A DNA stretch of 64,000 nt from Nemertoderma westbladi (GCA_032718475.1 JAUCBJ010008807.1:7736-71735); one strand, 5' to 3'. Numbered from the stretch's first letter, positions 1-12,855 are shown. The notes: generated from the letters alone by a model not told the origin. Program-made: numbers and translations.

Positions 1-797
1 CCAGACTGCCAGACACCAGACTGCCAGAGTAGGTACTGCAATATACCGACAACTTTGGCAATGTTAGTTAGGCCTAGCAGCCTAGTACAGTCAGACAGTA
101 GGCCTAGTACTGTACGGTAGTACTGTAGTATATGTACTGATGTACCGTAGTAAACTACATGATTATACAATTTAATTTTAAATTCCAGTCCAAATATTTA
201 TAACAAACTATATTGTCAGATTGTCCATTGTCAGCCTGTCTGCCTGTTGTCGGTGGTGTAATTAGTCCTGTAGTCATCATAATTTCTTTAAAATATAGCC
301 TAATACAGTAATACTCAGATACTGTAATACCCTGCCTGCAGCCTGATACCGTCTTCATAAATTAGTCCCTAGGCCTATCTGTTTTAAATTATTATATTAA
401 AAGCAGTATTGCATAACGGAATGCTGGATGGAATGGTTCAACTTCAAATCATTAAAGTTTTTCATATGTCTGCATGTCATGTCGGTGTGTTGAGTGTTGC
501 TATTATTATTCTGTTATTAGTTTGTCGTTGTCGGTGATAGTCAGACTGTTGTCTTGTCGTGGTATTCTTCTGCGGTTTCCGTTCCTGCACTCTGACATAC
601 AGTACAGTACTGCAGTACAGTACGATACAACTGCTGAACTGTACAATCTGACAATGCCGAAATGTATTACTTTAATATAGCTGCACAATTGTCTGATTGT
701 GTGCAGTAATTAGTATTTACCTACATGACGTGAACATGAAGGAAGTGAAACGTGAAACAACGGAAGCTCATCTCTCTTGGATGTTACCTGAATAGAA

Positions 798-1394
798 GGG
801 ATACATGACCGAACGTAATCCAGTAATCAGGATCGAATGTAACATAGTTTACGTATCGAACGTAACCGCAATTATGTTACATTGGATCCTATAACTATGT
901 TACATTCGATCTACAAATTACTAAGCTCGAATGTAACATTGCCATTTACAGATTTAAAGGAGCAGGTCACAGAGGCGTGTTGGGGGAACCAAAACAATAA
1001 GCGAAAGTTAACACATGTTACAAGATTATGCAGGTTACTTATATTTAAAGGCTGAACAGCTGAAAGGAGCAGGTTACAGAGGCGTGTTGGGGGAACCAAA
1101 ACAATAAACGAAAGTTAACTCATGTTACAAGATTATGCACTCGCAGGTTACTTAATTGGGTCTTTGTTTTGTACTCACCAACACCAAACAGTTTCTTCCT
1201 GTAAATAAACGAAGCATTTCATCGGTTAACTCCTGAAATCAAAACACAACTGAAATAAATGTATGTTACATTCGAGCTTAGTAATTTGTAGATCGAATGT
1301 AACATAGCTATAGGATCCAATGTAACATAATTGAGGTTACGTTCGATTCATAAAAACTATGTTACATTCGATACTTACGTTCGGTCTGTCACCC
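798..1394. mobile_element. Non-autonomous TIR element (MITE) with ~130-bp TIRs
   Basis: About 806-939 is the reverse complement of about 1263-1386. Termini GGG...CCC. Flanks gaatagaa (790-797) and gaaaagaa (1395-1402) form an 8-bp TSD with 1 mismatch. There is an internal ~80-bp direct repeat near 957 and 1063. Confidence 0.8.
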
Positions 1395-2475
1395 GAAAAG
1401 AAGGGATGCGTAACTTTAACTCCCAATAAGCACCGTCACTAAGGACCAAAGTGAAAGTGTCCGTTTATGTTTGTTACTGTACCTTTAACTTAAAGACTTT
1501 GCCGTACCTGGCTTTAATAATTATTGATATAATTGTCTGATTGTATAATCACTAATGCACTGAAATAGTTTACTAACATTGCCAAAGTTGTCGGCATACT
1601 GTCGGTTTGCGATTTTACCTTTTGGTTTGTATCGCTGTTTGTGTTTTGTTGTCGGTGCTATGCGAAAGGTGTTTGTCGGTGGCGTATTTCTGTATTCAGT
1701 CAAACCCATTTACCGGTAATGTCATTAAATTTATTTATTGTAAATAAATTTAAACCCTAACCTAAAAAACAAACAAATATCCCAGTCAGTAACTACTGTA
1801 CAAAACACCCCAATAAATCTAGTCCAGAAGTCATTAAGTAACCAAAAACAGTCAAGTAAAAATAACGCTGTACGGTATGTTTTCCATATAAAAAGTGGTG
1901 CCTTTAGTGTGATAGAGACAATTAATTTAATGTAAATAAATTAATTTGACGTTACCGGTAAATAGTTAATTTAATGTAAATAAATTAATTAAATGTAAAT
2001 GAATTAAGGCACGAAAGACTTAAGAAAGTTAAGACTTAAATTAAGACTTAGGAATATTGGACCCTCCTGAAGCGAAATCTAGTTGCAGTTTTCAACAGGA
2101 TGCGGCCTCTTCCTATCTTCACTTACCGGTCACAGAACCGGTAGGTCATGCGACTGCGAGACTGCGACATTAATTAAATGACCAGGTTACAGTCACATGT
2201 CATTCTAATCAAAACAATATACGGTACTATAGTCATGGCACAGGTAATCAATTTATTGTAAATACAATTGCTGTAACGATCAATGGACCTAATTACGTGT
2301 TTAGCGTGTAGTGTAGTGTACCGTCTGACGGTATCTGTGGTAATTGTAGAGCCTCATAAGTTTGTAAAATATGAAGCCACCTAGTGACCGCATGTTTATT
2401 TGTTTATCTTGGCACGTTTGTTCGTATGCATATGCATCTTTGAGATATGTGAAATGAATTTTATATTTAATGAAG

Positions 2476-2878
2476 GTGTGCGAAATTTAGATGAAACTAA
2501 ACTGTCTGCTCTTTATGGAACCTCAAGTGTACCAGAAGCATCTATGGGACATTTGGTACCTCTACCTGATACCGGTATACACCACCCCAATCAAATATCA
2601 CGCGTGCATAGCGATCTAGCAGCCCTATCCTTGGCCGCACCGTCTGAACTAAGCAATAACACAGGAAGAACAAACAATATGTCTAAGATCGGGATTTCGT
2701 CTGACCAATTTGTCGGTGGTCACGGACACCACCAACGCCCTTCCTTCCCAGGACATAACGGAGCAATAGGTCGAACGTCGAGCCATCAAACAGCAGCCAG
2801 TCAAATCAGCAGTTCTGCGAGTTCTCCTCATCTCAATATAATGGGAGGTGGTTTGTCGCCGAGGAATTTATCCCCTAC
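2476..2878 (+). CDS. PAN3: PAN3 internal coding exon (low-complexity N-terminal region); 5' exons lie upstream of the window
   Basis: AG acceptor at 2474-2475 (alternative at 2489-2490, same phase). Donor gttagt at 2879, phase 2, matches the next exon (AC+G = Thr). Confidence 0.7.
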
Positions 2879-3296
2879 GTTAGTATTGTGATCAACTTTG
2901 AAACGCAATTAATATTCCTTTATATATATAGGGTGATGAGATGGCGAATTTAAACATTTATGTTACACAATTTGATGTATACTGGTACAGGTACTAGGCT
3001 ATATCTTAATAATAATATTAATTACGGATAAAGGATTGGACCATATTTATCAACCTAGAAATAAAAAATTACCAAAAAAAAATTGTAGGCCTATATTGTT
3101 AAATGCTGATGGTGATGATAAGGAAGAAGTAAACAAACATCACCGGCATCACTTCTAAACAATTTGAATTAATTTATGCGGTTTAGTGATAAAATTTATT
3201 ATTCACTCTGCAACATAGCCAGATAGTAGGCCTATATATATATAATATATTTACACGAATTAGCGGTATTATTAATCAGTCATTGCATTTTTATAG

Positions 3297-3608
3297 GAGA
3301 CACACCCCACATGATTCGCCACAGACAAACCATAGGAAAGAGCACAATTCCTTGGTAACGAACAATCACACCGGCAGTAATTTATCGCACCTACCAGGCC
3401 ACCATAGTAACGGTCCCATTGCTTACTGGGACAGTCACAACAGCCACGCCAGCTCAACCGAGTTAGGCTCCGGCGATAAACTCCGCACAAACCTCTCCCC
3501 CTATTTCCTTTATACCGGACAACCGGGTCATTTATCTTCCATAAAACTCAAATCAAACTCCCCAGGATTCTTTATGGCCAACGAAATTAAACTGGAGATA
3601 TTAAACAG
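3297..3608 (+). CDS. PAN3: PAN3 coding exon
   Basis: Acceptor tttatag and donor gtgcgt. Ends FFMANEIKLEILNR, matching the PAN3 motif FFMADELRQELINR. Phase 2 joins exon 25922. Confidence 0.88.
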
Positions 3609-3776
3609 GTGCGTTTCTTACCGGTTTTATTAGCCCAATGTTCTGGAATATAGTGTCTTAAATCAGATAAACAACACACACCCCCTTTGCAAGAAGTATT
3701 GTTCGCTGTGTATTCTATTTAATAGATTACACAAAATTCTAGAACGAGTTATTTGTTTTATGAGTAGGAGGGCAAC

Positions 3777-4281
3777 CGTGACAGGACAGTTGCCCCCCGG
3801 ACTATTAATTGCCCCCCGGACAATAATTGCCCCCCAATTACACTTACCCACCAAACAATAAATTGATTGACCCCAAGGAAAATTGCAATATAAGTAGCCT
3901 AAGGTCGATCCTACCTAACTACTGTAGCAAACTAGTCAAGTTCCCAACTTGGTACAAATTAAACAATAATTTTATATAGCTAAGTCCGTTTTATATTTAA
4001 TAAAACATTCATAAAAAAGCTATAGCTAGCATAAAGACAATCTAATTGTTCTAGAAAAAAAAAATGGTGCATATTATGAATAACACCTAAAAATATTATT
4101 ATTATTATGTTATGTTAATATTACAACTTGAATTCCATAAAACCATAGGAAAACATTCAAATGATTTCAATATATAAAATATATTCATTAAATAAAATAT
4201 CGGGGGGCAATTGTACGGGGGCAATTGTACGGGGGCAATTGTCCTCGGGGGGAAAATTGTCCGGGCAGTTGTCCTAGTTCC
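3777..4281. mobile_element. Mutator-like non-autonomous foldback element
   Basis: Inverted arrays of ggacaattgcccc-type units at both ends. Perfect 9-bp TSD gagggcaac at 3768-3776 and 4282-4290. Confidence 0.8.
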
Positions 4282-5420
4282 GAGGGCAACAGCGTTATAC
4301 CTATACATTACAATATATATATATATTGCGTAGCTAATTATACTTAAACAAAATGTTCCAGAACATAATTTTTTTAATTTTACATATAATCTAAAATTAT
4401 CGATAATCGATGGAAAATTTCAAAAAATCAATCGAAATGTTGTAAATTTCGATGGACGCATATGCATATATACCGTTGTTTGGTATCCAGCTACCCATGA
4501 GAAAGTATGGTGTTCTAGAATGTTGGGTTTTTATTAAATTGAATAAATTGTCTCCAGCGAACGTTAATTCCCGCAATCTTTGGAGTATGAAATTTCACCG
4601 AATTTTGTGAAAGAAACCCGGCACCCTTGTCTGATTCTATCGTTGTAGATTACAGGCAACAGTTTAGGTACAGTGTGTGTTATAGCAGCATCTGGCATAT
4701 TGGCATCAACTGAGCTCTTCTACTGTATGCTGACCAGATACGTAATCGACAAGTATTTTCATGGAAATATTTCAACTAATATATTTACAAACGGGTTCAT
4801 GGATTACAGATTTAATTGCTGAATGGCTGCCGCGGGAAGTTTGAATTTCACTAATTCCAGTATCGGCTCTTTACGCCTATATATATACTATCTGTTCCAC
4901 CAGTCCGCCAGTGCCATTCAGATAAACACGAGATTACTTTGTTCATAATGTGTTCTACCTGATGGATTGTGGCTGATATTAATTATAGTGACATAAAATG
5001 AATATATCTGAAACTGAAATGAATATAATAGCAACCACAAGGGAGACCGTTAACTAACTCATCTAAATATTGTATTACGCGTGTAGAGCGAAACATATCC
5101 ACCTATTGATCAACTCATTTTATTGGCAATCTGTTAATGAATTATATACACTTTGTTACTAAATGTTTTTGAATGGCTTTTTGTATAATATAATAAATAT
5201 ATATATACATACAGTCACAGTCAGTCCGCCGTTGATTTTGGTATTTTAATATATCGTTATGTTAAGGTCTTTCACGAATTATTGTTATTAATATAATAAT
5301 AAATACAATTGCCGATACGCAATAGGCATTGCATGTTTAATATCGTGGAAAAATGGAATACTAAATATACACGGAAAGACAAATCCATAATTATTGAGAT
5401 TGTTAGTCGATTCCTTATTA

Positions 5421-5726
5421 CTCTGGAGTCCCGAATAGTCGGGGAGACACGGCTATTAATTCGGAAAAAAATCCACCCACAATTCTCTTATTCCAGACAC
5501 CCCGACTATTAATTTTTTCTAAAAAATGTAGTACATTTTTTATTATGAGTAAATAAACGTTTATTCTCATAATAATTGAGATTTGAAAGTGAAAGAAAAC
5601 AAAACCGTGTACCGAGTATACCACCGGTAGCCGTAGGTACTACTGTACCTGTACGCCTATCTATACTGTATGTTAGTAACTATGTTAAATTTTCCACCCA
5701 CCCCGTCTATTCGGGACTCCACAGAG
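5421..5726. mobile_element. Tc1/mariner-type MITE
   Basis: TIR ctctggagtcccgaatag / ctattcgggactcc(ac)agag, with TA on both flanks. Confidence 0.6.
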
Positions 5727-5825
5727 TAATTACAGTGCTTTTGAGGTTGATATACTAATAATAATACTACCTATCTGTATAATTCATTTACCTAATTGAA
5801 ACATCGGGATCTAACTATAATTATT

Positions 5826-6232
5826 TCCTCTTTCAGGTAAGGCAAATAAAAATTGAATAACTTTAGCAGTTTTTGAGATATGGGGACTTTCTGGCGCCCA
5901 TTTCAGCACCTTTCGTAGTTGAAAAAAATACCACCGAAAATACACCTCCCTTTGGCTATAACAGAATATAAAATACACTTTGGACACAAACCATTATCAA
6001 TTTTTGATGTGTTGAGTTGATTTCATTATTATAATAATTTTTTCTATTAAAAATCGGTGTTTTGACTTCTAATCTCACTTTCGATTGTTAATAATGTATT
6101 TTACACATCAAAAAATGATAATATGGTTTCTTTTACCAGAGTATTTAATGTGAGGTGCATTTTGAGTAATTTTTTACAATTCCGAAACGTGCTGATATGA
6201 GTGCCAGCAACTCCCCCTCATCTGAAAGAGGA
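5826..6232. mobile_element. Degenerate MITE
   Basis: About 5870-5935 is an imperfect reverse complement of about 6162-6231. Outer tcctctttcag / ctgaaagagga. Confidence 0.45.
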
Positions 6233-6309
6233 CACCATTTTAGTTACGGTCAAGTACATTCGACGCGCTAGTACGATGATCGTAAGTTTCACATTTCCGA
6301 TGATCGTAA

Positions 6310-7241
6310 TAATATTTAATAATAATAATAATATTTAATCATTTGTATAGCGCCAACATTACCGGTAGTATTCTATGGCGCTAATCAGAGTTAGGTTAGT
6401 CAATTTAAATAAAAAGAAAACCGCTAGAGTACATAATTAAGAAAAGTAAAAACAAAGTTTTTTAAAAACGATCGGCTAAAAATGAGTCTATTTTATAGGT
6501 GGGTGGGTGAACAGGTGAGTCTTTAGTTTTCCTTTGAATGATGCCGTAGACTGGATATCACGTAGCGAAGCCGGTAGTTTGTTCCACAGCCGGGGCGCGC
6601 ATACCTCGAACGCCCGCCACCCGAGAGTGTAGCACTGGAACCGTGGTTCGACGAGACTTACTGTGCTACAACTTCTAGTTTGGAGGCGATCGCGACTAAC
6701 TTTATGGAGCATTTCGATTATATATTTGGGAGCGTGGCCGACCAAGGCCTTGTGCGTCATCAGCAGTATTTTAAATTCTACACGTTTGCGCACAGGCAGC
6801 CAGTGGAGGGATTTCAACGTCGGCGATATATGGTCGTATTTGTGTACACCTGTAAGCAACCTAGCATCTGTGTTTTGTACACGTTGGAGTTTCTGTAATT
6901 GGTAGCTTGGGACTCCATAGAGAAGGGCGTTACAGTAGTCTATGCGGCTAGTCACGAGAGCATGTATGTATAATTGTTTCTGCGGCCTTAGTGTCGAGAT
7001 ATTTCCGAATTGAGCGAATGTTGTGCAGGTAGTAGTATGCGGCGCTGCATGTTTTAGATATAAATTTATTCATTCTCATCTCGGAGTCGAACCAGGCTCC
7101 AAGGTTTCTGACCGATTTAACCGGTTCGATATCAAAGTTTCCAACGCGAATTGAGATTGAGGACAGCTTACTCAATTGAGATTTCGATCCGAGCAAGATA
7201 AATTCAGTCTTGTCGTCGTTTAGCTTAGCACGTCGTTTAGC
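6310..7241 (-). mobile_element. 5'-truncated L2/CR1-group LINE (RT C-terminus, frameshifted)
   Basis: ORFs 6948-7271 and 6488-6955 contain KTEFILLG, VRNLGAWFD, SRIDYCNALL and LHWLPV. 3' stem-loop tagcgcca...tggcgcta (6348-6383) and (ATT)n tail. Candidate TSD atcgtaa at 6303-6309 and 7242-7248. Confidence 0.85.
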
Positions 7242-7954
7242 ATCGTAAATATAATTGGTATGCATAAACATATTTTATTATATATTATAAATTTTTACAA
7301 TTTACAATAACAAATTAATAATAATAATTAACAATAACAAATTTGTTATTGTTATAAATTATTACATATTATAAACATTTATGCATATGGGCCACTATTT
7401 AGAGAAAAACTTAAAAATGCTTTTTGAAAACACATTGTCCAGAATCTATCTAATAGAGTTTAATAAATATAACTAAACTCACTAGACTTTAGACATACCA
7501 CCCCACCAGTACCGGTAGTCCATTTGTTTTCAATATGAAGTTAAAACTCTGAACAATATATGATCTGATACCTATTTCATTTAATATAGCTTTTCTGTTT
7601 CTTTTGCCTCTCTGTGTTTTGTTTGTTTTTAACGAGACATGTTTATTGTTTATGACTTTCTAGAACAACCTATGTTATTGAAAAGCCGTTGAATAATTAC
7701 ACCAGAACAGAAATATATTGTTATATCGAATTGATATGTCAGTAGGTATATTCGTCCATGAATCAACTCTAAATTAATTTGAATATCATTTTTATCAAAT
7801 ATTCAACATTTGTTCTGACTAAAGAACTAAGTTGTCGGGATTGGGAGATCAATTTTACCGTTTGTTGAGTGTTTTTTATATTTATCTTGACTTTGTAGTA
7901 GTGTAAAATCAACATCATAAGAAGATAGGACGGGTGGGGAGGAGGGGGGGGGGG

Positions 7955-8112
7955 CTGTTCGCGAATTCCATCTCAGCGAATTAATATCTCGACTTTAATG
8001 TTATATTATATATCAATTTGGGGAAAGGAACAGGTTACATTAATATTTTTGAGTTTAATCAGCTGTTATTTGTGTCGATTTTCCCTGGAGAGGGATGTAT
8101 TTTTATTGCGTC
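7955..8112. repeat. Dispersed repeat, inverted relative to 12112-12319
   Basis: gcgaattccatctcagcgaattaatat...ggggaaaggaacaggttac and cagctgttatttg...gagggatg...tttattgc match the reverse complement of 12112-12319. Confidence 0.7.
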
Positions 8113-9384
8113 GGAAGTCCCCTCACGAAGCTCACGTTTTCGTTAAACGTATCGGCGTTCTCGTTGCTTATTAAATAATAAATCGTTTTTATTTACTATT
8201 AATTCGGACTGGTTTTGTGATACCTTATTTGGGTGGAAATGCCAAGATTTATTGTTTTATTACTTGGTGTAGTTTATTAATATAGTTTCCCCTACTGCCC
8301 TGCGTACTATTTTAATATCATCTCATGTTTCACCACAAACTGTAATTTATAATTGCTTTGTAGGGAGGTTGCCCTGACCTGGTCCTTGGTGTAGGCGAAT
8401 AATTGTCAATCATATTTGTGAAATAAACGGCCCACCGTATTATTAGTTAAGTGTATGATCTTCCGTTCACGTTGACGGACAAACTCCATCGTTTCCTGAA
8501 TAATTTGTTATCATTATTCTTAGATAGTTTCGGTTGTCAAGGGAACAAATAAATAAATGCAAACATTTATATGATTAAAGGTTGCCGCTTTCACTAAAGT
8601 GAATTTTAAATACAACTAATTGTGACAATTTTACTTTTCGTCTAATCATTTCCTAGTTGTACACAAGGATAGGGAGGGGTTAGCGGAATGTAATAAACTA
8701 GTTATGCCAATATAGAATTTTCAAAAAGTTTTTGTTTTCCCTTTGCTTTGTATCGATTGTTTTCACTTTAGCCAGCCATGTGTGCTGTTTTCAATTTTAT
8801 TCGTTCAACCCTCCGCTATTGTTGTGATGTATGAGTTATTGATTGGCTGTTAAATTGGTTTTGGCATGGGAATATAATTACCAAGAGATATTATGTTATT
8901 CATGTACGCGTACGGTATGATCCTTACTAATTCTGTTAATAAAGAACCCTAAGGGATATATTTCTAACCCTGCATTCACGCATTGATTGTATAGAGTTTT
9001 GCTGCCAGGGGTTTTTATTGAGAGCGATCGGATGTGTCCGTGTTTACCGAGTTCGCTATTGGTCCAGGATACTCGACAAGGATTAGTGATGATGTCAAGG
9101 CGTTTGGCAATAAATATTACACCAAAATCGATGTATCCATGTGACTTTCTAACATTAACTCCGTATTATTATTGTCTCTCGCGATTGCCTGCCTAGCATG
9201 TCGTTTTCATTAAGGGAGAGTTGAAGAAATATGGGCTCAAAAAAGCAGATAAGGCGTGGGGTGGTCTTGACGTTAGAAAGCATCTAAAGGTTTAATTTAC
9301 TGAACCTCAGACAATTTTTCTCGAAATTAAAATTCTGATGTATTTATGGTGAGAGGCATTTACACGCATGGAAACGTTTTTGCA

Positions 9385-9398
9385 ATTGTTATGGTAAC
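9385..9398. promoter_or_regulatory. Candidate RFX X-box upstream of TTLL10
   Basis: ATTGTTATGGTAAC about 220 bp before the ATG. A second candidate, GTTGTCAAGGGAAC, is at 8533-8546. Confidence 0.35.
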
Positions 9399-9614
9399 AG
9401 TAAATCAAAGTTGTACATAACACAAAATTGTAGGTTCTGTAGGTAGATAAAAACAAGTACAACTTAGAGAGCCGTACGGTGTATGTCGTAAAGTAAAATA
9501 TATACCCCGTAAAGGTAATAATATTTAGTACGAAATTAAATGTGATAAACTCAAAACTTGTATATAAAATCTTTCTTATCTCTGGTTTTTATAATTTTGT
9601 CTTGAGTTTAAATC

Positions 9615-11150
9615 ATGTCAGTTGCTTCTGGTGAAGAACTTTGCGAGGATTCTAATGTATCAAAAGACTCCCTTGGTACGAATGTAATTGAAGATATTGA
9701 TATTATAGAAAAAGAGCCAAGTGACAACGTTGGTGTTGTATCATCAAACCTCGATGTACAACCACCCGCCGACGAACCCAATAAACCAACAGCACGACCT
9801 CCCTGGAAACCCTCCAGGGTGGTCCCCACCACACTGTGGCGCAATTTCGGAAACCCCCCGCAGCCCAAAACGTTCCCATCGACGTACAAAAGACGGAATT
9901 CGTCGCCGGTTAAAGGCGATTTTTTCGGCTACGAGCCATCGACAACCCCGAGGCTCTCCATTTACGGGGTCATCGCCCGCCCTCCTAAAACCTCGTTGTG
10001 TTTTTACTGCGGCGAGGGAAATAACTTCAACTACACCGTGGTCGCGCCGCTACTCTCGATGGGATGGAAACGAATCGAAGATCGACGTTCCTACGAATTC
10101 CGTCTCAAATGGGTTCAGTGTAAGTCCCGCATCGATTTCGATTCTTTCCGTGAAGGAGATCAGTTAGTCAATCATATACCAAACATTAATCTACTCACCA
10201 CCAAGTTAGGTTTGTTGGGTACCCTGCGTGAATACGAGCGCCAGTTGGATCGGGTAGGTAGACGTGTTGGGGGTCTGTCGATGGATCAATTCTTCCCTGA
10301 GACCTACAAGCTTAATGTGAAAGCCGAGAGAGAGGCGTTCATCGAGCAATTCCAGGAGAATGAGATGTGGATATGTAAACCGTCGGGGTTGAATCAAGGC
10401 AAAGGGATTTACATAGTCTCGTCTCTGGATGAGTTCAACCGACGGATGGCCTCGCACGCCTCCGGACATAGGTTCAGTCGCTCTCTCGAACGGATCGTGC
10501 AGCGGTACGTCGACAAACCCTTGCTCCTCAACGGGAAGAAGTTCGATATACGATCGTATATGCTGATAGCGGGCACCGCACCGTACATGGTCTACTGTCG
10601 GGATGGTTACTGTCGGTTGTGCATCAGGGAGTACACCCAGAACGATACCTCCGATATGACGGTCCATCTCAACAACCAGTACATACAGAAAAAGGACCCC
10701 AGTTACGCGGAATTCAAAGAGGATACCGTGTGGTCTATGGAGCAGCTCAACGATTATGTTAACGAACACCACGGTGAGGTTAAAGAGAAGGATTGGGTGT
10801 TAAACTATGTGTCGCGTCGGATGTTTGCTATAATGCTACACGTATTCAACGCAGTTCGAAATAAACTCGATGTCAGACTTGGTTACTTCGAACTGCTCGG
10901 TTTCGATTTTCTCATTGACGAGAACTTTAAAATTTATATAATAGAAATCAACATAAACCCGGCATTAAGTACGAATTGCGCGGTTTTGGATGCCGTTATA
11001 CCCCCGGTCGTGCGGGAGGGTATCGAATTATCTTTGGAGATTTGGGAGAAAAGTCGTTGCGGTATTTCTTTGTCCTCGCTGGAAAAGCAAGGCGATTGGA
11101 AACTCTTACATTCAGGTGCTAGGCAACATCGGAGGGTTTCTTGTGTTTAG
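9615..11150 (+). CDS. TTLL10: Tubulin-tyrosine-ligase-like protein polyglycylase TTLL10 (511 aa, intronless CDS), nested in a PAN3 intron
   Basis: Uninterrupted ORF with TTL motifs WICKPSGLNQGKGI, VQRYVDKPLLLNGKKFDIRSY, FELLGFDFLID and IEININP. The SFREGDQL..IPN..LLTTKLGLL segment is characteristic of TTLL10. Confidence 0.9.
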   Translation: MSVASGEELCEDSNVSKDSLGTNVIEDIDIIEKEPSDNVGVVSSNLDVQPPADEPNKPTARPPWKPSRVVPTTLWRNFGNPPQPKTFPSTYKRRNSSPVKGDFFGYEPSTTPRLSIYGVIARPPKTSLCFYCGEGNNFNYTVVAPLLSMGWKRIEDRRSYEFRLKWVQCKSRIDFDSFREGDQLVNHIPNINLLTTKLGLLGTLREYERQLDRVGRRVGGLSMDQFFPETYKLNVKAEREAFIEQFQENEMWICKPSGLNQGKGIYIVSSLDEFNRRMASHASGHRFSRSLERIVQRYVDKPLLLNGKKFDIRSYMLIAGTAPYMVYCRDGYCRLCIREYTQNDTSDMTVHLNNQYIQKKDPSYAEFKEDTVWSMEQLNDYVNEHHGEVKEKDWVLNYVSRRMFAIMLHVFNAVRNKLDVRLGYFELLGFDFLIDENFKIYIIEININPALSTNCAVLDAVIPPVVREGIELSLEIWEKSRCGISLSSLEKQGDWKLLHSGARQHRRVSCV

Positions 11151-11262
11151 TGTTGGAGACTGTATCATCCCCGCAGGGTGGATGTCTTGGGTTCAATGTT
11201 GGTATTCCAGTGCTTGAATCACTTGTGATTAGGCTCTATAGGGCCGGATTTAACAAGGTAAC

Positions 11263-11973
11263 AGTTCCGTATAGAACTACATTTTTATAACATAAATCAT
11301 TGTTACCACGTTGTAGAGTTCTATAACAAAATATATATATTATACACTATTCTAGAACATGAATAATAAATAATATAATAATGTTCTAGAACATATAGCT
11401 AGTTGTTTTTCGAATTTATAATTGTTAGTAATTAAAAAAAATTTAAAAATAATGTTTGAGGTTCGAAATGCACAAATATAAATAATTACCATACAATACC
11501 ATAAATAAGAAAAATTTACGACACCAGAAATTTGTGTGAGGTGTGCATTAACTATGAAGAGATATTCCCCGATAAACTGACAGAATACATGCGGAGGCAA
11601 CATATAAGAAAAGGAAAATTAATATTAAAGGCCAATAACAAAAGCCAATACCCATTGGACAAATAAACTAAGTTAGGCGTACATCGTTATACAAAAAGAT
11701 CCTTTAATCAATATTAATTTAATTGTATTCAGAAATTTATTTAAAAATAATTTTATTTTTAATTTTCTAGCTATTTTAAAATTAGAAGAAAACTAGCTAT
11801 ATGTTCTTGAACATTATATTTTTTATTTTATTTATGTTCTAGAGTAGTATATGATACTTTTCTATTGTTCTAGAACTCTCCAATGTTGCCAACTTTTCTA
11901 TTGTTCTAGAACTCTTCAATGTTGTCATAGTAACAATGATATATGTTTTAAAAATGTAGTTCTATACGGAACT
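11263..11973. mobile_element. MITE with long TIRs
   Basis: agttccgtatagaactacattttta (11263-11287) versus taaaaatgtagttctatacggaact (11949-11973). The inverted similarity continues inward. Confidence 0.75.
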
Positions 11974-12111
11974 CTATAGCCTGTAAATAATATCCAATCG
12001 GCAATTCAAAAATTGAAAGTGCTCTAGCCAACCAGCCAGAGCCAAAGCATAGTCCTGGACAGAAAAACGCCATTCAAAATTTCAGATATCGGATAGGGGG
12101 GGGGGGGGGGG

Positions 12112-12319
12112 GATGCAATAAAAATTCATCCCTCCCCAGGGGAAATTGGACGCAAATAACAGCTGATTACTCTCAAGAATAAAACTGTATCCTGGTCTAT
12201 TTTGTTTAGTGTATTGTTTTGGTTAAAATAACGCGCCACAGTAACCTGCTCCTTTCCCTAAATTGAGAATTTAACATTGAAGCGGGATATTAATTCGCCA
12301 AGATGGGATTTGCGTCCAG
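12112..12319. repeat. Dispersed repeat, inverted partner of 7955-8112
   Basis: Reverse-complement match to 7955-8112 with about 50 extra bp. A partial related copy lies near 37700-37742. Confidence 0.7.
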
Positions 12320-12855
12320 TTCATCCCTGTCTAGATATTCAACAACATTACAAAAATATCCACATTTCCTATATATTAATTTAGTTAACATGTTTTGTAG
12401 TTGTCCCATTATTGTCAGTTATATAATTACGCTACACACATCCCTCACCACTGCGTCTAACATAAAGAGTTCAGTTTCGGTCGTAACTAACTACATTTCT
12501 TAGTAAATAATATATGTTGTTAAAATGGTAATTGGTAATCAGAGATGCAAACCTTAAATCCATTTAATGACTAAGATTAAAAGAGAATAAAGGGCGGAGC
12601 ATACTGTCCGTCACATTGAATAGGTAGTAACGAATCTGAATCGTGGCTGGTTGCGACGCGGAAGAGTTTGTATAACAAAATGTAAAAAAAAATTTGAGAT
12701 ATATTTTTTTATGGGCCCGGCAGATATTAACAATTTATGAAAGTGCCAATAAAATTTGCGTAAAACCATAATCTGATACTTTTGAAAACAGTTCTTTATT
12801 GCCAATATTTCTAATAAACAACAAATAATATCCTAGTTAACACTTATTTTATGCC

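Noticed and set aside
9601-9617. In-frame PAN3-TTLL10 fusion by splicing 3608 to the AG at 9605-9606
   Set aside because: The join is out of frame with the TTLL10 ATG and reaches TGA within 9 codons. GAG is also a poor acceptor.
11921-11934. X-box GTTGTCATAGTAAC downstream of TTLL10
   Set aside because: It lies within a MITE TIR, so it is likely repeat-derived.
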